From Lytechinus pictus (Eukaryota), in assembly GCF_037042905.1 (NCBI RefSeq), contig NC_087245.1, positions 32,676,001 to 32,740,000 of the forward strand: DNA of 64,000 bases. The letters are read 5' to 3'. A program made the translations under genes and the position numbers. Position 1 is the stretch's first letter. Each line of letters begins with the position of its first letter. The notes under the pieces are model-generated. The model saw only the letters and a program-made list of their open reading frames with translations, searched no databases and was not told the DNA's origin. Below, in pieces: positions 28,938-43,500 of the stretch.

Positions 28938-30632
28938 TATATTCTGTATATCCCCGCGATTTGATTAAAAATAGCGGCAATCTGCGAGGTTTAAATGGCT
29001 GTGATATCAAGGGCTCTACCCCGGACCCCAACCGCGTAGCACTGCCGTTATATGGTCCCCAAAACTCATACAACCAAGAAAAAAAAAGGAGGAAAGAAAA
29101 GCAAAAGAGAAAAGGAAAAGTGTAGGATGTGATTTTATTTACTGAATATAATGTCAAAAAATATCTCAAAGTTAGATGAAAAGGTGATTTGCACATGCGC
29201 CATTTACTGCGCCCATCGTTTTTTTTTTTTACTCTTATCACGTACGCTACAGCCGCAAATAATCCTGTTCAGTGGCGTACAGACCACAAAAAAAATGAAA
29301 GGAAAATATCATGTCAAAATCTATTACAAAATTTGATTTTTGTATTAAAAATGTCAAAAATTTTGCTCGCTCGCAACTTATTTTTTTAAAGATAAATTCT
29401 GCCCGATACGCAATATCTGGCCCTCTCAAAATCGTCGCCTTATTACACCATTACGCCTGTTCATACCATGATATGACCGAGAAATTTTTGGCTCCTGCCC
29501 CCCTGGCCACCGACCCCTGTTACGCCGCTGATGGAGATGAGAAAGAAAAGTAAAGAAAATAAGAGGGGAAGATAAAAACTGACAACTAAAACGCTGAAGA
29601 TTTCTAGTTTTCAGGTTAATATAACAATTATTTAGCTCGCTATTCGCCTTCACATGTTGTTGTACATAATTTAATTAGTTCTTGATCATGATAATCGGTC
29701 TTAAAAATGGACAATGGAGACCCCCACCTTTTTCCCAGTGAATTTAGAATAAAAGGAAAAAGTGGAAGAAAGAAGACATGCCTATGTCATGTAATCCCAT
29801 CATACCCATTGTATCAAACTTCAGTTTCCACTAGTATGAACTTTTCTTTTTCTTCATATTATTATCATTATTTATTATTACTGTGACCCCCTCCCTCCAT
29901 CGATATCCTCTCTTTGCTTCCCTTTACCCCCCCCCCCCCCAAACACACACGTACCATACCCACACACCATCATGTATATGTGTAAATAAACTTCTTCCAC
30001 CTCTCGGCATACATGACAGAAACTAATATAGTCTCTAAAAGACAAAACAAAAATGACACTACTTAAAATCTCTGTATTTGAAAAACAACATGTGAGGCAT
30101 TTATTCATCAGAAAATGCAAAAATGACATGAAAGGTTAGACCCCAAAACTAAATCCTCTTGAAATAAATAAAAGAAACGACATATGGTTGATTCAGATTT
30201 CACTGCATTACCAACGGCAGTACAGGGCATTCAAATAATTAGACCAAAAGCTTCAGTCTCTGTACATACTACGTTAGCTCCACTCACCAATACATGAAAG
30301 GGGATTGACAGTGAAATGTCAGAATTTGTTCAAGAAATCACAGAAACGATGATTATTCCCGTCTATCAACAAGCTTTATCAATATATCAATCAGTGAATT
30401 AAAGGGGCTTGTTTCATTTAAAGATTCAACGTTACATGGTAAATTGATTACAACTACCATGGAAACCTTGTATATGATTGGCTGCCCAGCCATGTGACTA
30501 AGGCCTGTTACCATAATGGCAAAGTTACCTTAGTTGTAACTCTTTATGAAACAGGGCCCCAGAGAAGTTGAATGTGATCCTTCTTATATTACACGGGCAG
30601 GCACAACATCACTCAATATCTGGAAATGAGCT

Positions 30633-30905
30633 ATAATAATAATAGCTGGATTTATAAAGCGCTTTTTGCCTGAGGATACAAAGCGCTGTTATTATTACCC
30701 CGGCTTTAGCTCGAGCTACCATCACCGGCGCTCAGTGCATGCAAGGAATTACTCCTGCCGGTTACCCATTCACCTCACCTGGGTCGAGTGCAGCAGTGTG
30801 GATAAATTTCTTGCTGAAGGAAAACACGCCATGGCTAGGATTCGAACCCATGACTCTCTGTTTCAAAGGCGAGAGTCAGAACCACTAGACCACGACGCAC
30901 CCTAT
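30633..30905 (-). mobile_element. Near full-length tRNA-derived SINE
   Basis: A-box (gtggtctagtgg) and B-box (ggttcgaatcc) on the minus strand, same body as the 10305 copy, (ATT)n tail. Confidence 0.85.
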
Positions 30906-30954
30906 ATGCGAACCTTCCAACAACTACATGACGCAGGATATACAAAATGTGAAA

Positions 30955-31240
30955 AACTTGGTCCAATCACAAAAAGGCTTTTAGTGATTGATTGTACGAT
31001 TGATTTCCATGAATGCTAATACAATGCAGTCAATGCAATCAATCATACATGTATAATTTGATTCACAATTAAAACATGGAGGTTAGCTTTGTGTTACAGT
31101 GCCCTTGGTCCCGTAACACAAAGGTTAGCAATTAATCGTAGACTTGATTTTTACGATTGATTGTACATTGTAGTCAGTGCAATCAATCGTAGAAAAATGT
31201 TCTACAATGATTGCTAAGCTTTGTGTTACAGGCCCCTGGT
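30955..31240. mobile_element. Two adjacent short Harbinger-like MITEs
   Basis: Each ~130 bp with ggtccc..acacaaa / ctttgtgttacag.gccc ends and a shared caatcaatc core; related copy at ~33040-33155. Confidence 0.5.
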
Positions 31241-34200
31241 CATACAACAAGGCAACATATGTTTCTCCTGTACTTTTCCCCACAGTGTAACATTGGCAAT
31301 CAACAAAACAATGGTTGATACGGACATCTTTTATTTAGAATCAACTGCACAAATAGTCACCCTTGTTAATTAAACAACAGCCAAATATTAATAAAACCCC
31401 AAACCATATTACTACAGAATTAAAAGGCAATTAACCTGTTTTATGTATGTAAACAGAATTTATGAATATCAAAAAAAACCAGCATTATAACCCTTGATGA
31501 TAGACAAAGGACAGAATTCAAATAAGTTTCCCTGGTTCCCATGGGAACATTTTTTAAAAACTAAATTGGCTAACAATTGCTCCTGGCATTGCTTTGGCTG
31601 TGACGATGCAGTCCTATGATTAGGGAGTATAATTTTTGTCTGAAATGTATAGATCTGTAGGCATAATTACAAAAGACCAGAGCAACATAAACATCTATAA
31701 GTAAAGAATGAATCAATATTCTAATCTAGCGTTACTTCCCAAGGCACCTATAGTTGTAGCCAATGAAGAACCAAAACGGTATACTTCATAATTTTCTCTT
31801 TCGAAGACTGGATTTATGTCTTACTACGATTCAAAAAAGTGATCTCAATAGTCGAGGACCTACAGCTTGGGAAATAATTATCAGACCAAACCATATATGG
31901 GAACTTGGTAGGAAACTAGTCTCGTAATTATTACCCAAGCTGTATTAAGGTGCAGAAGAGTGAGTGAAAGGGTATATATGCAATGCAATATCATTCCAGT
32001 AATGAAGTTGAATATCTGTGATAGTGCCATACAACCATACATCACATCTATGTGTGGTGATAAATGTGGGAAAGCAAAGATAAATTTAATTGCAATGAAC
32101 AATAACACATTAATGACTGACATAATATTCAATAATATTCATTGATTAATAATCCGCATCATTTTTTTTTTCACCTCTTGGAATAACATGACAGCTATAA
32201 TCAATTCCCTCTCTATTGTGCCTTTTACTGACCCAAACATAAATCAAATCTACATACCCCCCCCCCAAAAAAAAAAGGTACAAACAAATTTGAGTACTGG
32301 TTGAAACCTCATTATCAACATGTTATTGCATATTAAAAGAAAAAGGATTGATTAATATGTTGGAATGTTACAAGAATGTATCAAACCCATGAGACAGAAC
32401 CAAAGAAACTCAATATCCTGTTTGCCACCGAGAGTTTTCACAAATAAAAGTGTTCAATTTTTTCATGTCCAATACAAAAAAAGTGTACAAATTATGATTG
32501 CTTTTCAGAATATTAGAAACTGCAAATCCCTTAATATTGCTAGGCAAAAACAATTGAATAATTCAAGAGAAATTACTGGCTATGTTTACAAAGGTACAGA
32601 CAATAATTTTCAGAAATGGAGAGGTAAAGTTTAACTTCCTCTCCCGTTCCCCAAACTTTACATTTTTTCAAACAATTTGGAAAAACTTTACATGTATTTG
32701 GAAAATCACCTTGTCAGACAGTGGGTCAATGAAATATACTAGACAATGTTTATACCATATTGGAGATTCATATATAATCTGGTGCAAAAAATAAGTAGGT
32801 ATATAAAGGTAACAAATTATGTGAAATACACAAAAATGAACATTATTGTGAATAAGATTAGAATCCCATAGCACAAAGATATATATAATAAAGCAGGGAT
32901 TAAATACAGAACAAGAAATGGATGGACTGCAAACAGGGAATTTACATGAATTATTGAGTAGAACTGAAGTTTGCATTTTTGAGATATCTACCAGAATTTA
33001 GAGGAGAACTGCAAAAAGTGTGCAGTTCTCTTTCACGTCAGGCCCTGTTACAATACACAACTTGATTTTTATAATAGATTGTACACCATTATCAATGCAA
33101 TCAATCCTAAAAATCACTCCTATAATTCTTCAGTAAGCTTTGTGTTGGGGGCCCAGGTAATATATTACAATGCATTAACGTATTGTTCTTCTTTTCCTTT
33201 ATTACATCTTTTACATCTGTGAAATAAAGATAAAAGGCAGCATTAATACACCAAAGAAGCCAGGACGAGGCAACAGTTAATTCTTCAATTACATTGTCAG
33301 TGAGCAGTTACAACTGCACAATACTCTGTCATTCAAATTTCATATACATAATACATGTATATTTGGCTCAATATATCATAAAATATAAGTAAGTTTGGCA
33401 TCAAATGAGGACTTTTTTTAGTGAGAGTGGAAGTGACATCAACAAGGGACTTACCAATGATTTTAGAATTGCCAGAAAATAAAACATATAAAAGTACACT
33501 GCGCCATTTCACTTCAAGTACTGTCTAATTGTAACCTCCATGACAGTAGCACAATATGGCCCTGTCTCAGAAAGAAATGTGATGGATTTGAGTAGTAAAG
33601 AGATATGACTGTTTTTATATATATATAATATATATTATATAAATATGAGTTTGATTGGAATAGATCTATGTTCAACCATTTGATAGATGTGGCTGTACTA
33701 CTGCACACCCTGACAGATGTACTACTGTCTGAATTTGGTCAACAAAACTTGGACTCAGTGGCCTTTCATAGAATATTTACCAGATTCATGTCTAAGGTTG
33801 TCATGACAACCATAGTAAGGACCATACATTTTAGCATCTAGAAAATCTCAAAAGACCGTACATGTATATATTCTCTGAATTCTAATAAAATAAAAAAATT
33901 CAAACAAAGTCAGGGGTATGAAAATTAGGAATAGGAACTCACGAACCATAAACTCCATAAAAACATAGTCTGTCTTCAAGGCAGAAAGACACTGGTGATG
34001 ATACAGGTTAAACAATCTTGTTGAATATTGAAGAAAACTGGTTCAGCATATAACCAGTTATTAAAGTAGTGTGTACATGTAAAGGGTTGACGTACAACAG
34101 AAGTGGGGGATACATAACTGAACATTGTGGATAGCATTCCGAAAAAAACCCATCTAGAGTTACCACACAGAAGACATTGAGTTATCGGTCCCTCCATAAC

Positions 34201-34534
34201 AATTCTCTGAAAGAATTACTGTTCAGCCATAGCACAATATGGACATTAACAATACACATGATAATCAACTCATTCTTTTAAACATGAATGAAACTTACAT
34301 CAAAATTCAGAGGCCTGTAATCATAAAGATACCATCAATTGTACGATTAAACATAACTGTAAGTCTATGGCAAAACATTACAGAATGTAACAAATGATTG
34401 TACAAGCAAGCGTATCTTTTTTATGTTACACCCTTAGATCTATCTACCTTGAAGCGAGACTACACACACGATATGAAGCTTGGAGATTATTGCAGGAGTC
34501 CAGGGTTGAATAAATTAAATGTTGAGGTCAGAGT

Positions 34535-37500
34535 TCAAAGTTCATCCTTATTTGGTTCTTCATCATCCCAGTCAATGTCGCTGAGGTCAATATCATCCTC
34601 CACTGGCAGCTAAGTAATGAAAATAAATAACGTACACATGTTGTATATCTGGGCCCGTATTCCATAAACGAGATAAGCTTTTTGCTTAAGTCTTAGCAAT
34701 TTGTCTTAGCATTTTGCTTGTCTAAGAAATCTTCCCTAACGATATTCTATAAACTTTAAGACATTTGTCTCAAGTCAGACGATATGGCTAAGCCAAAGTC
34801 TCAAAGTCAAATTCTATGACCTTCTAAACTGCTGCAGGGGTGACTGCAACAAAATAGCAAAAATGTCATTGAAGTTGTTTTTTCTTAACAAGTTTGATTT
34901 TATTGAAACTAATTACAACTATTGTAGTAAAAGAAGAGCATTCATCACCCATATATGGTAAGAATTCTTTATTCAGATTATTCTATATTTTGTTAATTAC
35001 CAAAACATTTCAATCCCAAACCGAGTGACTTGCACAGTTTTTTATGTATCAGTCCCATTCATTACTTTTCATGTATTGTTTGTCAAAATCTAAATGGAAT
35101 AGGGTAGATTCCTCTCGACATCTTTATTCTACTTCAGTTGAAGTAGACCTAGGGTCTAAGGGAAAACATTTGTAACTTTTGAGACTAGTCTTGGGTCTAA
35201 CATTAGGCCTAGATCTAGCCTAGGCCCAAGATCTACAACTAATATCCGTCTGTTTGGAGGAGAATTGAACATTGTTTTTACTTTTTACTTTCCTGAAGGC
35301 TGAAGCAAAACGTAACTTTGTTAGTCTAGTGCCGTAGTGGAGCAACTGAGACTGAAGCTACATATAGGCCTAGATCTAACGATAGACCTATATTAGTATT
35401 GGTCTAGGCCTAGAACATGCAGGACTTAGCCTGGCTTAGCCTTAAGACAGGGATAGATCTATCTAGATCTACATGTAGGTCTAGAATAGATCTGACTTAG
35501 ACCAAAAGCTTCAGTCTCCGACTGTATTTTGGTTGTTCCGCTATTTTAGTATTACGAGTACGACACTAAACAGTCTAACGTTACGTTGGCCTAGTCTCAC
35601 CAATGTGATATGACAGTAAATGTCAGAAACTTTTAAATAAATCCCCAGAAACGACGGTTATTCCTGTCAACAGTGCTAGATATATCGCTATGCATTGCTT
35701 GCCAACTATGCCTAAAGTTAGATCTAGTCCTAGTAGTAGTCTAGACATCTATCTAGATCTACTCCTGCTTTAGGTCCATCTGTTTGTTTGGAGTTTTTAT
35801 TTTATACATTTTGAGGACTTGTTTAGATCTAGGTTTCCAGGACTAGAAAACAGGCCTAAACCTAGACCAACACTGGCAACAGCTCAGTCTAGACTAGGGC
35901 CTAGATTTATATAAGAATTTAGATCTAGGGCCTAGGCGGCCTAGCCTGTGCTTTCTTCTATTCATTCTAGATTTTATTTCTAGCCTATCCGGTAGCCCTA
36001 ACGTTAGGACTTGCTGATCTAGTCTACTGTTTGATCTAGAAATCTCTAACCTAGGCCTAGATCTAGACTAAATGACTTACTCACTTAGACTAAAAGTTAG
36101 ACCCTATCTAGATCTAGAACTATACCAATCTAGGTGTATAGTAATAGGTCTAGATCTAGAGACTTGTAGACTCTATCTCAATGTAGATTCTAGATCTAAA
36201 AATAGTAAATGTAGGCTAGATCTAGTCTAGTACTACTCATCTAACGTTAGGCCTGAGAAAGGAAGTAGGCTAGGGATCTAGCATTGGATTATTTCTAGGA
36301 CTAAAGAATCTTGATCTAGGCTTAGATCTAAACTAGGGGCTGTAGTTCGAAATCTTGAGGTCTAGCCCCCCCCCAAAAAAAAAAAAAAATAGAACTAAGC
36401 CCTCAGCTACATGTAGTTCTCTATGTAGCCAAACAAAAGTTAGCATTGACCATTGTCTTAATCTTTTTTGGCGTATACATGTAGTTATCATACAAACACA
36501 TATTTTGATGAATGAGAAAATGTGTCTTGCAGATTATTTTAGCTCAAAACCTACATTTCATGGACATATAGGCCAATGTCATAAAATGAAGAAGTAGTTC
36601 AATACACATCATGCTGTTTACACATTTATTGATCTGATATGCTGTTACCATGGCAACAAATTTTCAAATATATGTCTTGCAGATCTACACCTCAAAATCA
36701 ATGTGTGAGCCAACTTTTATAAGAATTGGTAAAACTAATAAAGGGATTCAAACCACAAGATTTTCACCTAATTTCTTTATAAATATAATATGTTGTTACC
36801 ATAGCAACACGAATTCTGATACAGGCAAAAGTATATCTTAGACATCTTCAACTCAAGACTATTGTGTGCGCCAACATTTTAGGAGAATTGACCAGTTGAA
36901 AACTGATAAAGTAATTCAAATTACAAGATTTTCATCTAGTTTTTGTTATTTTATTTGTTGCCATGGCAACGCAATTTTTTATAAAGGCATAAAATATACT
37001 TTGCACATCTTCACATCAAGACTAACGTTTGTGCCACATTTCATGAGAATTGATTAAAAACTGAAGAAGTCGTTGGAACTGCAAGATTTTTACATAATTT
37101 TTGCCCTAATATACCGTTACCATGGCAACACAATTTCCGACACATGCGAAAATGTGTCTTGCACATCTTTACCTCAAGACTTATGTCTGTGGCAAACATG
37201 AGAAGTGGTTGAAATATTGTAAACTTGTTAAAACCACAAATTTTTCACCTAATTTTCGTTATTTAATAAGTTGTTACCATGGCAACGTAATTTTTGTATA
37301 TAGGCATAAAATATGTTTTGCACATCTTCACATCAAGACTAATGTTTGTGCCACATTTCATGAGAATTGGTTAAAAACTGAGGAAGTAGTTGGAATAGCA
37401 AGATTTATACATAATTTTTGCCATAATATACTGTTACCATGGCAACACAATTTCCCACACATGCAAAATTGTGTCTTGCACATCTTTTCCTCAAATCCAA

Positions 37501-40500
37501 TGTGTGAGCCAACTTTCATGAGAATTGGTAGAAAACCGATGAAGTAATTTAAATTTTAAATTTTGACCATAATATACTGTCACCATGGCAACACAATTTC
37601 TGAAAAAGCAAAAAAAAAATTCTTACACCTCCTTACCTTAAGACCAATGTGTGTTCCAAATTTCATGAAAATCGGTTAAAAACTGAGGAAGTAGCTCGAA
37701 ATGCAATATAGGTATAAATTCAAAAAAAAAATTGGCCATGATTTGTTGGATTTAAACGTTGTCTTAAAGCAATTAAGACAACTCACAACTGTCTTAAAGT
37801 TAGGGCAAAATTCTTAGCCATGTAGAATTTATGAAATACAGACTCTGCATATTTAAGAAAAGTTACTAAGCCATTCATTCTAAATCTGTCTTAGTCGCGC
37901 AAAAATTCTTAGCCAAATTCTTAGACAAAATTCTTAGCCAATTCTTTATGGAATACGCGTTTTGGCTAAGAATTTTGTCTTAGACAGAAAACTAAGACAA
38001 AATGCTTAGATTTTTGACTTAAGCATGCTTATCTCGTTTATGGAATACGGGCCCAGATTTTAGAGCTTGCACAAAAAATACATCTACAGGGTGTCTAAGA
38101 AAAAATATTTCATCTTTAATATTTTTGTAACAGACCAACTGACTCACAAAAAAAAGTGATCACTAGGTGTCAACTACATCTCTGGCGAACTTCGTTCAGG
38201 CGAGACAAAAATGATTTTTTTTTTTAATATGTCATTCTTATGAGGATTAATTAGAAATAAATAAGCATATTTCTTACCTGTCCGTCTTTTCCATCCCATG
38301 CTTCTACAGTTTGAATCTCTGGGAGTCCATCTCTTAAACTTTGTGTTGAGCCCCTTCCAACAGAAATGGAACTGAAATAGATAGCCGGGTGAAGGACTAT
38401 GGTTTATTCTCAATTCAGTAATTGGCATATCTCTTGTACACAATATTATGAAAATTGTTGGATGTGTTCAAGGCTGAATTGCATTCATTAAACAGTGATC
38501 ATAGAATAATTCAAAAATGTTCTACCGACGATGATTATTATTTTGATAGTGATTATGGATGCTTTTATCATCACAATCACTATGATCATCATGATATCAG
38601 CAAACCCATCATTCATCAGTAATATTCAAGTTATCATAGCATCATACCCATGTACCAAATTATAAACTAATAGAAACTTGAGTGAAAACTGCCGACAAGT
38701 AGAGCCATGTTCTTAAACTATGCCCCCAAACCAAGCCCAGAGTAACCACAGAAGCAAAGTTGAATTTTAGTGCGACCCATGTTGGTTCGTGTTTTAAATT
38801 GCCAGAGTGAGTAAATTATCACTTGGTCTAATACCTAGTATCACCTGCTACATCTACTTTCGGTTTTGCTCTCATCCTAGTTTGTCTACAACCAGCTTGA
38901 TGACTATTTCGTCTAATTGCCATTTTGCCCATTCATCATCTTGTCACAGTTCCATTTAGATGATACCCATTTTCGTCTTACATCCATTCGGTCTTACAGC
39001 AATAGTCTATATGATGATTAGGTGAACTTTTGACATTTGACAAAGTCCAAAATAATTAGTAGATGAAATGAATTATGTACTATCTGGGCACTTCAATGTT
39101 ATACCTTGGTCACATTTGCTCTACGGCGGCCGTACGGCGAGTCAAAAACAGTCGTTTTATTCATTTTCATTCAAACCACCTATATGTAGCTGGTACAAAA
39201 AAAATATTGAAACGGCTGTTTTCGACTCGCCATACGGCCGCCGTAGAACAAATGTGACCAAGGTATTATACTTGATTCTGTCATTATCATTATCATCATC
39301 ATAATCACCATCATCATCATCTGTTGCCTTTGCCATTATCATCATCACGCTCATCAAAATCATTACCATCATCATTACAACCATCATCATCATAATTATC
39401 TTCATCAATATCATAATTATCTTCTTCATTGTCACCTTCATTCATCATCATTTTCACCATCATCATCGTCATCACCATCATCACCATCGTCATCACCATC
39501 ATCACTTCTATCAAAATTAAAGTGATTGGTTAACATTGGTTTGACTTTTTAAAAATCTGAGCTAGAAGGTCACACTTGTCACCTGTGTCTGTGATATGTT
39601 ACAAAAATGAAGCCCAGAAAAAATTGTGTTCGAAAATAATTACTTAGTGCTTCAAAAATTGAAATATAAAGTGACCGAAAACACCATCTTAATTTCATCC
39701 CATACACTTATGTGTACTATTTAGGCGTCTATAAGACGCCTATTTCCAAAATCGGGGTTTGCCTTGTAGTTTTAGCTTTTCATTCTCATTAATGGTTGTT
39801 TTCAGCATTTATTAGTTCTATTACATGCACTTGTACACACGTTTCATCTTGGTTTGAGAATTTTTTTTAATCGGCTGCTCACAAAGTTAAACAATACCTT
39901 TAACAAAACTTTTCAAGACTATGGCACAATATCCTTCTACAATTACTTTCTTACCGTAAAAATTCATCGATTCCCGCTTTATCAAATGACCCCCTGAGGA
40001 TAGAAAACTTCTTTTTCCTGACATTCATAACAGCCATGGCAGGGTATCCAAAGCCACCGATATCAAGAGACTGCTCCAATGACGAATGCTCTCCTGCCGA
40101 TGTCCACACCCATCTGTATAAAAGAACAATTTCATTTCATTTTTTCATTTCATTTCGTTTATTTCCATTTTCAACAATTACAGTTTATTTTGTACATTTC
40201 AACATATAAATAACAAAACATATTTCAAGTATTCCTGTACAAAAATTATATTCAAGATTATTACATATCAGGTTGGAAATGGAGGAGGCTGCTAAAAAGC
40301 GGAGCTTGTAGAGTGCAGCCTCCTAATAAATATTCTTGTAGTTGCATAGCATATAAAAATCAAATAGGAGAGAAGATCTTGTCAACTTCTTGGACGTGAC
40401 AGGAGAGTTTTACACATCTTGCAAGATAACTTACAGGGTTAAATTGCCCCTTTCAAACATTTTGGTTTCCAGTAGTGGGTACAGATTGAACATTCAACTC

Positions 40501-43500
40501 ATTACTTTGTAGATCAAGAATTCAATCTTATCCAAAGGAAAGGGCCATGTCACACTGAGCACTGTACACCATCCACAGCATAAATCACCTCCTGAGTCTC
40601 GTTTCATGAAGATTTATCAAAGTAACAAATACATCATTTCTATAACAAATTTACCATCAGCCAATCAGATAGAAGAATTTCAGGAGCTTTTAAAAGTTAC
40701 TGCACATTCAATATAACAACAGGTTTTACGAAACAGGGCCGTGAAAGGCACCTAAAAAAATGATTGAGAGTAATTTTTACATTTTATACCAGGAAGCCTC
40801 ACATTTCAGATCTGAAGAGGGACTTTATGTGTTGTACAGTTTTGAAAGACATCTCAAAATATCCTATCCTTTACATTCATTTCCAAATTTCTGATACCAC
40901 TAAATTGATACCTTATTGCCAGATCTTACCGGCTCTTGAAACTCATCACATTATATGTGCATTCACACATGGTGACCACATAAAAAAAAACGTTTTCATA
41001 AAAAGACGTTTGAGGTACAAGCATCAATGAGACATTCCCCCCCCCTCCCGAATATTTACCGTTTCTAAGCAAGAAACATATACAAACACCGCGTTTCATA
41101 AGCATTCAAATCCTATAACTTACCCCCAAAGCTTGGCTTTGTATTTTTCTCCTAACTCACTGAGAATCTGTATATACTGATTCCTACCCACGGCTCCAGT
41201 ATCCAAGATGTGTGGAAGAACTGAGACGATGCACAGAGGATGCTCCTGGCATGCTTCTGCTAAAACCTCATTACCTGTAAGCTATAGAATAATCAAAATA
41301 CAATTCTTGAGGTGCTGTGGCCCATTCTGCTAAGCTTGACAAGAAAATCAAGTGAATAAAACATTCTACTATTATTGCAGCTGAAATAAAATCAGAGAAT
41401 TTCCATTAACTTTGAATTGGCATATCAGACTTGGTAAGCTAGATAAAGAATCAAACACGTTGATATTCATAGGCTAACATTTATCATCATGTAGAGGCCA
41501 AAACAAGTAATGAAATTTAATCACTTCCATTGTTATGATGTATGAAAATCACCCAAATGTATGAAGGGGCCCTATGTTAGTGAACCTAAAAATTAAAAAC
41601 TTTTTAATAATCTAACATGAATATCTTTAGAATTACATAATAATCTGTTTATATTGTTCCATATATTCTTAACAGTAAGCGTGCCAAAAATCTCAAAAGA
41701 AATTGAGAAAATATCTGATTTTCTTTGGAAAAAAAAAGCAGCGAACAGTCATCTTTCATACTGAAAGAAATGTGACCCATGTCTGTGCACCCATTCACTT
41801 TACACAAGATTCTGGGATTTTTATGAGAGACAATGCATTTTGAGACCATTACATGAAATGCCTAAAAATTCAATATTATTTCACCATTTTGATTAAGAAT
41901 TTTCAATGAATATCTGCTTAATTATTGCAGGTGTAAAGTTTGCAATCCTTTTATTAGAATTGTGCTAATACTCATATAGGGAGAAAAGGGGCACTGGACA
42001 GACTAGGGGCAACATGCCACAATAATGAGCAAACCACTGGTACCTACACATATATACTCTCATTGAACAATCCAATTGGACTTACCTCCAAAATTTCTGG
42101 TGGTTCCACGGAATCAGCAGCTTTTTCAAGTCCCCAGGCGACGATATCTGATGCTGTACGACCACCCGTATAATCCACAGCGCTGTTAAAATCCTTAGCA
42201 CCAGCGGGAAAATACTTGAGAGTGGGATAGCCTTTTACCTGGGGGAGAGGGAGGAAATGATGCATTTTGGGATACATGTCAATCTTAACCCTCTGCACAC
42301 CAAATGTTGCAAAATTGCACATTTGTAGAGAAAAGTGCTTTCAAATAATTTTTTTTTAAATTGCAGATAGAAGGCACTAGATGCCAACTTCAAACTCTAA
42401 CATTTTTTTTTTAAATGCCAAATTTGAATCCTAATGGCCTGAAATACTTGAGTCTAATTCACATTACTGATCCTTTACCTAAGTTTTAGACAGGATTGAA
42501 TTCAAATGTTGATAAAAGCATGAAATCATATTATGATGTAATGTCTCTTGCCACCAGGGGTGTAATGTCTCTTGCCACCAGGGATGGAGTACAGGGTTAT
42601 AATTTGTGGGATAACATAAATTTGTGAGCATTTTTGCCACAAAAAAGAAAGAAAGCAAGCCTCTAAATGATATTCTCTTACTAAACTTCATTGGTACATA
42701 TTTAATACACCATACCCTCCTATCATTTTGTTTGCTGGTTGCAGTTTTTAAGAAACATTATCAATATTTTTGCCTACGTCATGCCAATAGTTCCTCTCAA
42801 TGATTGGAGCCCTGGGGGACGTTTCACAAACATTTAAGTGCGACTTAAAGTCACACATAAATTTCCAGTTTCGAGCGGTAGAAAAGTTAACACCACATTG
42901 GTCAAAACATGCCAAAATACCAACACGTTACATAACATATGGCATTTAAGCATGACTTAAAGTTAGACTTAACTCTTTGTGAAACGACCCCTCAGTACTA
43001 AAAATCCCAGTAAGTTTGGTTCTTTTATTGGTATTTTCATTAGCGATTTATCCAAGAAGCATATTGCACAAGAGATTTCAACATGTGTCTCCTAGTAAAA
43101 TCTGCTGAGTATGAAAGGGGGTGGTGAAGTCTAACCTGAAATCGTGAGGCCATCACAGTATGTGCTGTAGCATCCAACGCTCCAAGTTTGATTTTCCCTT
43201 TGAGTTCCGTGGCTGCTTTAGCAAACTCAGGTGCAAGTCTCTGGCAATGGCCGCACCACGGAGCAAAAAATTCAACCAAGAATCCCTCTTTAGATTGAAG
43301 TACCTCCTTCTCAAAGTTACCATCGGTCAATTCAATCACGTCGTCTGACTGAAAAAAAAATTAGGGTCATTCCATTGGGTTGGGTCCATATTTGAAACAT
43401 ACCTGAACTAAGAAAACAGTTTCATTGATTAAATAAAACAAGGAAAATATCTTTCAACGATCACTTCAACAAAATATTGAAGCCTCAATATTTGAATTCA

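Noticed and set aside
20485..39514. Poly-Ile, poly-Met/Asp and Phe-rich ORFs (20485, 24869, 27721, 39157, 39317)
   Set aside because: Translations of microsatellites or purine-rich low-complexity DNA.
42537..42583. 24-bp tandem duplication
   Set aside because: Isolated intronic slippage duplication with no further structure.
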